Shown one piece after another: positions 21,956 through 33,097 of a stretch of DNA of 33,097 nt. The DNA is taken from assembly GCF_000315625.1 (NCBI RefSeq), contig NW_005434505.1, positions 1 through 33,097 of the forward strand, written 5' to 3'. The notes beneath the pieces were generated by a model that saw only the letters and a list, made by a program, of their open reading frames with translations, was not told the DNA's origin and did not search any database. Made by a program: the position numbers and the translations under genes. How positions within the stretch are numbered: position 1 is the stretch's first letter; every line of letters begins with the position of its first letter. The DNA comes from Guillardia theta CCMP2712 (lineage: Eukaryota > Protista > Cryptophyta).

Positions 21956-23622
21956 TCACATGAACAAGCTCTCGAGCATAGAAGCAAGCCTCAAGAGCTG
22001 AGCTCTTCCTTCCATATTGCTGACCATGTAGCCGATGCTCTCCTCCTTGAGCAGCCTCTGGCTCACCATCTCCTTGCCCGGCTTCTTCCCCACCGCCTGG
22101 ATCGCAAGCAGCTCGCAGGCCTCCGGATTGTGGAGCAGAACCTGATCGTACTCGTCCTCGCTCACAACTTCCATCGTCCTCACAGCCCCGATGAAGTTCC
22201 CGTCCTTGTCCCACATCGGGTTGAACCCCTGCCGGATCAGAACTCCTTCCTGTTCCCCTCCCCGCGCGAACCGCTTGTTCCACCTCGAGTACAGGTACCG
22301 CACGGGGATGCCCTGGAACCCGACCTTGGCCCATGACATGAGCATCATCATCCCGCTGATGTGCGTGCAAATCTGGCGGAACTCGGAGGAAGCAAGGTTC
22401 ATATCATAGTAAGCCATCCTAGCCACCATCTCCTCCCGATGCACCCCGGCCAGATCTGCGAGCCAGTTGTTCACCGCGTAGGTGGAGCACCTCCCGTTTG
22501 CGTCCACCGACACTGCCTGCACCCCCAGTGTGTTGTTGTTGCTCCAGGCGTCCAGGTCGAGATCGCTATTGAGGAAGGTAGAGCAGGAGAGAAACGAACG
22601 GTTCACCTTCATCAGACCCTCCAGCGCTGTCAGCCCTCGTGATAGGATGGACTGGAGCTGGTATGGCATGCAGTTGTACATCCTGCACATCTGCCTACTG
22701 CTCACTCCTTGATTGTGCCAGATGGTCTGCAACAAGCTCGGGATCTCGTCCGCAGTCTCCACGGTATAGCTAGGGACTATCACTTGGTTGGGGTAGCTCA
22801 GAGGCCGGTCGATGTTGTAGGAGAAGTTGATGTTGAAGTCAACGTCGTCTCTGTGCGACGGGGAGGGGCTAAGGAAGGTGTCGGGGGAAAGAGAGAGGAA
22901 AGTCTCAGGTGAGGATACGAGGGCAACATCAGAGGAAGAGCAGGACAGCAGAGCAGCGTCAGAGCAGGAGGATAGGAGGGCGGCGTCGGAGGGAGAGGAC
23001 AGGAGGGTGGAAGAGGAGGAGGAGGAGGAGATGAGTGTGCTCGTAGAAGAAGAGAGAAAAATATCAGAGGAAGATGAAAGGAGGGTGTCAGAGGAGGATG
23101 AAAGGAGAGTGTCAGAGGAGGATGAAAGGAGGGTGTCAGAGGAGGAGGGGAGGTGTGACGAGAACAAGGGTGAAGGAGCCTCCAAGTCATGGTTCACGAA
23201 GACTAGATCGAGCGCCAGCTCGTCCTCCGTCCCTGGGCTTGAGGACTCTACGATCCTCTCTAAAGGCACATCGTCTTGCTGCTTCGTCTTCATCTTCTTC
23301 GCCTCCTGATCCACACAACCCTCCGGGAAGCCCTTGTACAAACACCTCCTGCACGGCCTCTCGCCGTCGCATCGCACCTTGCTGTTCTTACATGCTACGC
23401 ATGCCAGGTCCCTTCCGACCTTCTTTATCTTTGTTTTTGTAGGCTTGTCATTCTGGAGCCTCTGCGCAACATCATCGTTAGCTGGGAGTCATCGCAAGGT
23501 TTCCATGGGGTGCGCCAATGCCATTGAAGAGCTGGGAGATGGGAGGAGATGGAGAGAGGCAGGAACGCGAATCTCACCTGATTGAGATGATTTTCAGCAG
23601 CTGGTGCGGTCCAAACATCCAT
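21956..23622 (-). CDS. Zn(II)2Cys6 binuclear-cluster transcription factor with C-terminal PAS/PAC-like region
   Basis: Exon 1 MDVWTAPAAENHLNQ (23622-23578), intron with CTAAC branch site, exon 2 from about 23462: ...RDLACVACKNSKVRCDGERPCRRCLYKGFPEGC (Cx2Cx6Cx5Cx2Cx8C). Ser-rich SSSSDTLL repeats follow, then YAVNNWLADLAGVHREEM (PAS-like) and NPMWDKDGNFIGAVRTMEVVS (PAC-like). Confidence 0.85.
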
Positions 23623-24039
23623 GTCTGAGCTTGTTCACAACGCTCAAGTCTTCAAGTCTCGCGGGCCAAAGTTGGGCCAAAGTTTCTCGTTTATGCCGCT
23701 GCGCAACTTTTGACTGGCCCTATGGCTTTCTTGTCCTATCCATGGATGGCACCAGATAGCTTGAGATAATCTTGCTCTGACAAACAATGAAGCCGAAGCT
23801 CAACCTATCCCCACCACCTGCGACTTTTCCTTCCCTGTCTCGTTTCAACCAAACTCCAACCTGCAATGTTCCTTCTTCTGTCTCCACCTTCCTCTTCACG
23901 ATGTACCAGTCCAGGTTTACTTGATGCTTGAAGCAAGCTATTCTCCTGCTTTCACAAGATCGTTCTCATTCGTCTCTTCTCACCTCCTCCTCCTCCCTCT
24001 CGCCATCGCTTCGCATTCGATCGTTCTATCCGGCATTGA

Positions 24040-24775
24040 ACAGAAACCCTACCCCTGTTGCTTACCTAAAGTACCCCCACCCTTTAATCAGCCACTGTAC
24101 CACCACCTTCAGGAGCGTCAAACATAGCACCCTCTAGGGGAGATAAATTGTCTAAATACCACCCCCATTTTCCCCAAAAAAGTGGATTAATAACCGGTAG
24201 TAATGTACCCCTACCCCTTGTTTACCACCCACCGCAGGAACATGAGGTTACCTATCGTGTCATGTACGAAGAGAACACCTCGAGTCTTGTCCCCCTACCC
24301 CCACCCCCCATTTCTAGCAGATCGTACCCCACCTTAAGTAACCTCGGCATCGGCGCTTCGACTTTGATGTACCCCACCCCACAATCTCACATTCAAAAGT
24401 GTACCCCACCTACTCTGTCAGAGGACAAATGATGGAATTTGAGGGGTACTTTCCACCACCACCACACCTTTGGTATCCATATGCCCCAGCTATATTCTTT
24501 ATAGGAGCTCCGGTTTAGCAAGTACCCCTACCATCTCAAGTACCCCTGTGGTCCTTCCACCAGTGTTCTACACCAACCACCGGTATATTCCTCTACAATA
24601 TCCTTATATTTGGACCCCCTCTAACAGCCTTTAATCACACTGTCTCCTGAACAACCCCATCTATGGATTGTCCTCAAGTACCCCCACCCCTGCCGTTAGC
24701 GGGTATTTTACTACAGACTGCTTGTATTTCTCAAGGCTTTACTACCCCCAGGGCATTGTAGTCGGGACTACCCGA
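24040..24775. other. (T)ACCC-rich intergenic zone
   Basis: Repeated GTACCCC/TACCCC/ACCCCACC words, upstream of the Zn-cluster gene. Boundaries approximate. Confidence 0.65.
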
Positions 24776-24782
24776 TCTAAGT

Positions 24783-24803
24783 TTTACTCAAAGTTAAGTT
24801 AAA
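24783..24803 (-). repeat. Dispersed 21-bp motif, copy 2 (reverse complement)
   Basis: tttactcaaagttaagttaaa; a partial echo ACTTAACTTTGA follows near 24860. Confidence 0.9.
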
Positions 24804-24879
24804 ACTTGATGACTCTCATAGTAAAGACATTTTAATAGCATCCTCGTACTGATTGTTTTACTTAACTTTGACCATCCGT

Positions 24880-26580
24880 AAAAAGTCGAGCCGCACGGTG
24901 ACACCGTCCGAATCTGAGGATCAGTGTACTACGTGACCCGGTGACCCGTATCACCGCCGGGCCCGGCGGCGGCACGGTGACTCGCCGGCCTCCGGGGAGT
25001 CCGAGTCCGGGAGTCCTGGCCCTCCGACGGCCGCAGCGAACTACGGTCCGAGTCGGACTCAGCCGGGCTCCACTGAGGCCGGAGCCGCCGGCGCCCGGCC
25101 GGCACTGCGGCGGCGCAGTGGGCCTCACTGAGTCACCGGGATGGGCGATGCCACGGTACTGTAGCCTCCGCGGCCCAGTGTAGTACGGTACGGGGNNNNN
25201 NNNNNNNNNNNNNNNNNNNNNNNNNNNNNNNNNNNNNNNNNNNNNNNNNNNNNNNNNNNNNNNNNNNNNNNNNNNNNNNNNNNNNNNNNNNNNNNCGGCG
25301 GGCGGCCGGCGCGGCGGCGCGGCTGTGACCCGGTGAACCCATTGCAGTTCGATCATGATGGTCCGATCTGCCAAGCCGCGGCGGGGCCCCGGGGCTGCTA
25401 GCCTATCGGGGAGCCTCGGAGAGCCTGACCGATCGCTGACTCGGAGGCTGCCATCGGCCGGGCACTCGGAGTGCCCGGCCGCTCACCTCAGTGGCGGGCC
25501 GCGCCTCCCGCCGCCCCCCCCGGCATCATGCATGTCGGACCGGGCCGAGTCGGACCGTGTGTGAGTCACGCCGTGACTCTGTGACGAGTCAATGTCAGCC
25601 TACTGGTCCGTCACTGCTTCGGATATTCAGGCTGGCAAGGCTTGTCCGACGGCTCTCATCATCCGATTACGGCCCGGCTGCCCGACGGTTCACGGTTTCG
25701 GCGATGTGCAACTTGAACTTCGCGGCCTCGCAAGTCAAGTTCCGAAGTTCCGAGCCAATGTTTCGGCCGCCGGACCGCGGCGGCCGCTCCGGGCACCACC
25801 GTACTACCGTAGTACGGTACCGTGACCCCCGCGCCCGTCAGGGGCTCGAGCGGCGGGCCGACCGTCCGTCACTCCGTGCAGTGCAGTCACCTGGCCGCCG
25901 CTGAGTGCGGCGGCCCGGCGGCCGGGTGCCCGGGGGGTATCGTCGACTCAGCGATGTAGTGAGAACCCGGATCCGTCCTTCAGTATTTACAAAACTTGAA
26001 AACAACTCCGAAAAACCTGACTTGGCGCCACCTCAAAACTTTGAGGACAAAATCCGTGACGCCGCTGGTCCACGTTCCGGGCCGGCGCCGTCGGCCGCGC
26101 CCACGTTCCGACGGCGACGCCGCGCCGCGGCCCCGGGACAGCCGGGCCCCCGGACCGTACGGTGCCAGTCACTGTGACGGACTGAGCCGCGGCCAGGGCT
26201 GCCACCCGGCTCCGTGACTCGGACTCTCCCAGTGGGAGTGGCAGTCCGACTTCAATGAGAGTCAGGCCGGTTACCGGGAGGCCGGCACTGCGCATCCGGA
26301 GACTCACCGTCACTGAGTCGGAGCGGCCATGAGTCAACGGCTAGTAGGCACAGTTGGTTGCTGAGATTCCGGGCCTGGCAGAACGCCGGGCGGCGGCGGC
26401 GGGCTCTGCGACCCAGCACTCAGAACCTAGCGGCTTCTTTGAGGCCAACGCCCGGCCGGGGCCCGGCAACCTTCAGGCCCGGGCCCGGCCCGGTTCCCCG
26501 CGCCCCTCTCAGTTTCGTTCGACTCGTGACTTCTCAACCCTTGAGTCCGATCCCCCGTGCCGGACGTGCCTGGCGAAACC
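24880..26580. other. CpG-rich, short-palindrome-rich intergenic zone
   Basis: Same word composition as 640-1035 and 6830-8250; lies downstream of the NAPRT stop; contains a gap of about 100 N. Confidence 0.65.
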
Positions 26581-26611
26581 TTGAACAGTACTTCGTCCTC
26601 CGCCGTCAGCA

Positions 26612-26655
<44 letters not shown>

Positions 26656-26908
26656 TGTCCTCGCTCCCCTCTTGTCCCGACGCTCTTCTCCTGGAGGCCT
26701 CCGCGCCTTCTCCAAGCCCAGCCCGCCTCCCCAAGGATCCTCTTCCATGTCCAGCGCCCGCAGCCCTCCATCCTGCGATGATACCTCATCCACTACCGTT
26801 CCGTCTTCTTCCCAGGCATCTTTCCCCTCGCATCCCCAGCACACGCCCCAGCAGGAAGCTGCTTCCGGCGATGCGCTCCTCGCCCACCCTTGCTCTAAGT
26901 CGCTTGGA

Positions 26909-29900
26909 CTATGAGGAGGAGGCGGACGAATGCGTAGGAGCCTCCGACGTCCAGAGGTCGTGCATCATCTTAAAAAGCTTCTCCGATATTGAGACCTGCA
27001 AGCAAAGCTAAGCAGAGAGCGAGGAGGAGGACGGAGGGGAGAAAAGGAAAGGAGGGAGGAGGGGAGAGGAGAAAGGAGGGAAGAGAGGAGAAGTCCGGGG
27101 GGGCAGGCTTACATTGTAGGGCTGCGGGTCAAAGCGCCTTTTGTGCTCCTCAGGAAGAGCTTGAAGCTCTCTGCGAGAAACAAAGAAATGAAAACGAGTA
27201 ATTCTAACGGAGGATGAAGAAGCAGAAGAGAGAAGAAAGCAGAAAGGATAAGAGTTCGAGAAGGTAGAGGAGCAGCGAGAGCGGATGAGGAGGGCAAACG
27301 AACAGCAAGGGCGTCATCGATACCTCTTGGCTCGATCTCTGATAGCATCAACATTCTCCACCTGAAGTTTTGTTAGACAATCACAAGAAGAAGAATAAGG
27401 AGAAGAGTCAATGAGGACGAGAAGGAGTCAGGCGAGGCGGGGTAGGTGATTGGAAAGGGTTGAAAAGACAATGACGAGAAGGGAGAGGAGGACGGGCGAA
27501 GGGCAAGGGCAAGGGCAAGGGTAATGGCGAAAAGTCGAGAACAGGGAGGTGGAGGGGGAGGGAGAGGGGGAGGGCAAAAGCGAGAGGGAAATTGGGAGAG
27601 GGAGAGGGGAAAGCGTGAGGGAGAGGGAGAGGGAGAGGGAGAGGAAAAGGGGAAGGGAGAGGGAGAGGGAGAGGGAGAGGGGGAGGGGGAGGGAGAGGGA
27701 GAGGGAGAGGGAGAGGGAGAGGGAGTACCAGGGTTAAAATCTTGCCATCCCAGACGCAGGTCAGAACATCTTCGACTTGTGCTGGAGTGAAGCTAATTCT
27801 CTTGCTTGCATCCAGAGGGTGACAGCAAGTGATGGCCTCCCCCACCTGTTGCAAGTTGAGTGCGAGAGGAGGACGCGCAAGGGAGAGAGCGGGCGAGAAA
27901 CAAAAGGGAGGATAGTCACAAGGATACGGGAGAATTGGAACGAGGGAAAGAGGAGGAGGAAGCGAAGGCGGAAGAGGAGAGAGGAGAAGAGAGGAGAAGA
28001 GAGGAGAAGAGAGGAGAGAAGAAGGGCGGAGCGGGGAGGGAGGGTGTGAGAGGGAAGAAAGAAGAGGGGGCAGGAGAGGGAAGAAGAAGGGCGGAGAGGG
28101 GGGGAAGGAGAGGCGAGGAGAGGAAAGGAGAGGAGAGGGGGGAAGGAGAGGCGAGGAGAGGAAGGAGGGAGGGAGGGAGGGGGAGGGAANNNNNNNNNNN
28201 NNNNNNNNNNNNNNNNNNNNNNNNNNNNNNNNNNNNNNNNNNNNNNNNNNNNNNNNNNNNNNNNNNNNNNNNNNNNNNNNNNNNNNNNNNNNNNNNNNNN
28301 NNNNNNNNNNNNNNNNNNNNNNNNNNNNNNNNNNNNNNNNNNNNNNNNNNNNNNNNNNNNNNNNNNNNNNNNNNNNNNNNNNNNNNNNNNNNNNNNNNNN
28401 NNNNNNNNNNNNNNNNNNNNNNNNNNNNNNNNNNNNNNNNNNNNNNNNNNNNNNNNNNNNNNNNNNNNNNTAGACGAAAGAAGGAGGGGAGGGGCAAGCA
28501 GTTGCAGCATTGACCTTGGGAGCTCCGTCATGCTTCACCTCATCGTCCGTCATCATCAGGTCAACCCGCGGAGAGCCTGCAGGAAAAATCGGCGATGAGC
28601 ATGAGAGGAGGAAAGGGGAAGGCGAGAAGAGAGGAAGGGAGAGGAGCAGGGGGGAGATGAAGGGGATGAGGGTGAGGTAAGAGAGGTAAGAGAAAGGAGG
28701 GAGGAGGGAGATGGGAGGAGGGACGAGGAAGGGACGAGGGAAAATCACCAGTGGAGTCGAAAAGGCGGAAGACTCTCTTGGATCCTGGGATGCTGACTTT
28801 GACGAGATCATGGGAGATCTTGATGCGAGGGAGAGAGCCCATGGCGACGAGCTTGTAGACGCAACCGAGAGCTGGCTGAGCCTGAAGGGAAGATAGTCAG
28901 ACGCGCGAGCGATCAAGAGATTTGACTGCAGAGTGAGAGAGGAGAGCAGGTGAGGAGATGGAGGAAGCGGAAGAAGAGGAGAGGGATGGAGAAAGAACAG
29001 GACAGAAAAGAGCGTGCAGGACAAGAAAGAGGACAAGAGCAGGAAGTGGCGGGTGAGAAGAAGGAAGGTGAGAAGAAGGAAGCGGAGGAGGGAGGGACGG
29101 GAAACTCACTTGACAAGTGACGAGGTTGGTCCCAATTCCAAACATATCGATCTCATGGCCCTATAACGGCATGAGGGGACAGCTGCCACGTCATTCAGTG
29201 ACTCACCTTGTCGTTTAGTTCGTGCAGTGAATCTTCTGAGATGTCATTGCTGGTACGGGTGTTAGCACGAGCGGAGAGGAAGAGGAGGGCAGGATGGGAG
29301 AGGACAAGATGCAGGAGGCGCGGAAGAAAGTGCAAGAGGGGGCGGGAAGGCGAGCAAGGGAGCGACTGCACGAAGCAGGATAGGAGGAGAAGGACAAACA
29401 GACGTGGAGGTGGTGGTGAAAGAGGAGGAGCGGGTGTGGAAAGGAGGGGTGGTGGGGGGGAGCGCCATATTCAGTGGTGTACCTAGCAACGATGTTGAGG
29501 CGAGAGGCAAAGTTGGGGATGGAAAATTTCTCCTCGATCTCTCTGAACAGTTTCCTTGCCTGCAGCATCAAATTCATCATCAAGGCAAGGAGACTCTTCA
29601 TGCCACCGTTTCCTTTCACGCTCCCCTCTCCTTTCGCTCTTGTCACCTCTATCGGCCCTCCCTCTTCATATCCTTTCCACCCCTTCATTCGACCCCTTCC
29701 CAAGATCTTCCTCCTCCTCCTCCTCACTATGACGCCGCTGCCACCACCACCGCCACCCCCCCCTCTCTCACCGACTTCGACATTTCTGCCAAGTCTCCGC
29801 TGTCTAATCGTATTCCTATCGGGAAGTAGCCCAACTCAATGAGGGCTAGTGCGCAGCACAGAAAGTTGGGAATGCCTGCACAAAGTCTCAGAACATCTCA

Positions 29901-31229
29901 GCATTCCTCCCTTTCCACCCCCTCAATGTCTGTCCTTTTCCCCTCCTCTTCTCAGCCCCCTCCCTCCAAACCCGTCCTCCCTGGTATCCCCCCCCCTTCC
30001 CGATTCTTCTACCATCCTCGCACCCATACATCCTCCTCCCATACTTGCTCTGCTGCCTCCTCCGGCTACTTCCTCCCTGCTCCTCCTCTCTCACCGGACT
30101 CCAGGCAATCGTAGGTGTCGACCAACGCAAGGAAAGCGGAAGGGAAAGCCTGCAGCGTGACGAGTTAGTCCAGGAAAGAGAGCGATGGGTGCACTAAGGG
30201 CAAAACGATGTAGGGAGGAAGAGGAGGAGAAGGCGAAAGAGAAGTACGAGGTTGTGCAAGGGAATCAACATGCAGCAGCAACAGCGGCATTCCTAAATGG
30301 ACGAGCGCTTGCGGAAAGGCGAGAGGGAGTAAACAAGGCAAGCAGGGGGAGCCAAGTAGACAAGGATAAGCAAAAGAGACGGAAATGAGGAGGAAACGAG
30401 GAGCAGGAGGAGCTGAGAAGTCTATTCCTACCTGACAGTACGCGATAAAAGCAGCAAGCTCCCCCAGGTTTGCCTTGCTGATCCCCAGCTGCTTGCGATA
30501 CGCCATGACCTTGTCAACCAGGTTCACAGTGGAGCCGTCTGCCGCCTTCACCTCCTGCTGCTGCAGGTCCTCGATCCCTGAGAACGACTGCACGAACGCA
30601 TGCGCGTGAGTGCCCGAGATCTTTACCCCGAACTTCAGCCCCGCTAACACGTTGCTGGAAGAATCAAACCCTCCCATGTGCGAGTAGCGCGAGGCCGACA
30701 GCCCCCCGTCCGGCCCCTGCGCCCGCCTCAGCCCCATCTCCACAAGCACCTTGTCGGGCCCTGCAGCGAGCCGCATTCGAGCCGCATTCGTAGCGACAAG
30801 CGAGGAGTAGTTGACGAGGCAGAGGAGGGTGGTCTCTAGGAGCTGACAGACTGCGATGGGGCCCTCGACGCGGAGGAGAGGCTCACGGGCAAAGACGACT
30901 GAGCCCTCGTGGAACGACCAGACCTTGACCTGAGAGCAGTCGATATTCTGCATCCAGTCGAAGAAGGAGGCGTCGGCGTTGGGCATCTGTTCCCTCAGAT
31001 ACCTGATCTGCTCTTCTGTGAATTTGTACGTCTGGAGCAGCCCGAGGACCTCCCGCACTCCTCCGAGGAGGGTGAACTGACCCTTGAACGGGCTCTTGCG
31101 AAAGTACATTTCAAACACCGCCGGAGTCTCGTGCCGTCCTGCCTTCCAGTACGCATAGCACATGGTGATCTGATACATGTCCGTCAGGCAGGCGTTCACC
31201 GCCTCCGTGCTCGGCCGGTGCTCCTCCAT
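26909..31229 (-). CDS. NAPRT: Nicotinate phosphoribosyltransferase
   Basis: Large first exon 31229-30432 with [43 protein letters not shown]. Later exons give [13 protein letters not shown]|[14 protein letters not shown]|[19 protein letters not shown]|[40 protein letters not shown]|VSISEKL, ending at TAG 26911-26909. A splice acceptor just before the ATG allows a further 5' exon. Confidence 0.95.
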
Positions 31230-31716
31230 TCCTGCATTGCACGTCAGCACGAATATAACGAGTCAGCTCGCGTCATGTGTGTCCCTTGCGCTTCTGATGC
31301 TAGTCTCTCGTTTCACTTCACTCGCCACGTAATCCTCTTGGAGCCTATCATGCTGCTCCTCGGCTTGCACCAAGGTCATCGATGTCCAGCCCAGCATCAG
31401 ACATCGCCCTTGAACGAGGATCTCAAAATGATGAGATCAGGAAAAGAACTTCTCTGGTGCGAAGTCGAGCTCTAGCATGCGTTCTATCCTCCTCATGCCC
31501 GTCTCGTGAGCTCTGCGCTTCCATGTTCATTGTGCGTTCCCTTCGTCTCCTTTGTTCCAGGCTACAGCTCCTCTGATCTGTCCTCCTCAAACCATCTCCT
31601 TCCTCCCTCCTCCCTTTTCCCATCCTTCTCCTCATCCTCATCCTCATCCTCATCCTCCGACGCGTTCATGTTGGCGGCCTGTGAACACGCTGATGGCACA
31701 GAAGGGGCTATGCACC

Positions 31717-32230
31717 GGGGGGTAGTGGTTGCTTTGGGTGGTTGAGAAATCAGGGGGTACTTGTAGGGATCCATAGGGGTGGGTGTGGGGATTGGGGGAT
31801 CGGGGGAAGGTTATGGAAGGAGGGGTGGGGAACGTTTATTCACGGTAGGCATTATTATGAGTCGACTAAAATTGAAAGTTCAAGACAATATTTGAAACAA
31901 AGTTGAAAACTATTCGAAAGTTTGGGATGGTGGTGATGGACCCGGAGAATTCGTTAGTAGGCCTACTAGGAGTGTGAAGGGGGTGGGTGCTAGAGAGGGG
32001 TAGGTGCTCTCCAATATCTTCATGGGGGGTGTCTTAATGAGGGGGTAGGGGTACATGCGAGTCCTAGTTATCTTTAGGGTACCGGTGCTAACTTGAGACG
32101 AGAAGGGGGTGGGACAGAAGGAAGGGGGTACGGTGAGAGGGGATGGTACGGGTCCTCTAAGCCCCTTATATGCAGGGGTCCGAGTCAAGCACGGCTTCGA
32201 GCGCTTAATCGCAAGGGGTAGTAAAGGGTA
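31717..32230. other. GGGGT-rich intergenic zone (ACCC zone in opposite orientation)
   Basis: Many GGGGTA/GGGTGGG words on the + strand, upstream of NAPRT. Boundaries approximate. Confidence 0.65.
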
Positions 32231-32259
32231 AAGTACCGGTGATTGTTTTCGTATAGATA

Positions 32260-32280
32260 TTTAACTTAACTTTGAGTAAA
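32260..32280 (+). repeat. Dispersed 21-bp motif, copy 3
   Basis: tttaacttaactttgagtaaa, identical to copy 1; partial echo TTGAGTAAA near 32358. Confidence 0.9.
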
Positions 32281-32528
32281 AGCGGTATTATATCTATATT
32301 AAAAAGGTGATTTATACTCTCCTTATTGTCCTGGTACTGAGTTTGGACTTAAAAATCTTGAGTAAACTAAATTAGTACTTCTATACTGGTCTGTGGTACC
32401 ATGTATATTCTGTGCCCGCCTCAGGACTCGGTAATTCGGGCCGGGCCGGGCCGATTTACCCGACAACTGAGTTCACGCCGGACAGGCGAGGCGGGCCGGA
32501 TTCATGATCCAGAATTTCCACCCTGATG

Positions 32529-32541
32529 AGCAGGAACAAGA

Positions 32542-32588
<47 letters not shown>

Positions 32589-32622
32589 CAGCAGGGGAAG
32601 GAGCAGGAGCAGGGGCAGGAGT

Positions 32623-32661
<39 letters not shown>

Positions 32662-32664
32662 GGA

Positions 32665-32703
<39 letters not shown>

Positions 32704-32706
32704 GGA

Positions 32707-32739
<33 letters not shown>

Positions 32740-32795
32740 GGCAGGAGCAGGATCAGGAGCAGGAGCAGGAGCAGGAGCAGGAACAGGAGCTGGAG
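32529..32795 (+). repeat. (GCAGGA)n hexamer tandem repeat
   Basis: About 40 units with GGGGAA/GTAGGA variants. Confidence 0.95.
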
Positions 32796-32878
32796 CTCCC
32801 CCCCCCCCTCAGGAGCAGGATTTGGAGCAGGAAAGAAGCAGGAGCAGGGTCAGGTGCATGGTTGGATCTTGATCAGGA

Positions 32879-33097
<219 letters not shown>

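Noticed and set aside
174-31229. Functional gene cluster linking TPI, SPX/RWP-RK, GAF, PsbP, Zn-cluster and NAPRT
   Set aside because: No shared pathway or synteny evidence is available from this window; adjacency alone is insufficient in a eukaryote.
30909-31475. 188-aa ORF on the + strand
   Set aside because: Antisense shadow of the GC-rich NAPRT exon.
32504-32872. Gly-Ala repeat (fibroin-like) ORF
   Set aside because: Translation of the GCAGGA repeat that recurs in non-coding positions in this window; no signal peptide.

Overview
Eukaryotic nuclear DNA with GT-AG introns (many only 43-55 nt, CTGAC/CTAAC-like branch sites, others long and purine- or pyrimidine-skewed) and five N-gaps. A signal peptide ending ALA-F followed by a transit peptide and a Tat signal points to an alga with a secondary red plastid; a cryptophyte is the most likely source (inference). 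Manual splicing gives, in order: the 3' end of triosephosphate isomerase (+); a multi-exon gene apparently joining SPX, RING and RWP-RK domains (+, interrupted by a 100-N gap); four paralogous intronless 67-112 aa ORFs sharing two motifs; a GAF-like-domain gene (-) with an apparent 1-nt frameshift; a thylakoid-lumen PsbP-like protein with an N-terminal WW-like module (+); a Zn(II)2Cys6 plus PAS-like transcription factor (-); and nicotinate phosphoribosyltransferase (-). Intergenic DNA is patterned: CpG/palindrome-rich zones follow gene 3' ends, (T)ACCC-rich zones precede gene 5' ends, and an identical 21-mer TTTAACTTAACTTTGAGTAAA occurs three times. All calls come from reading motifs by eye; no database searches were run.
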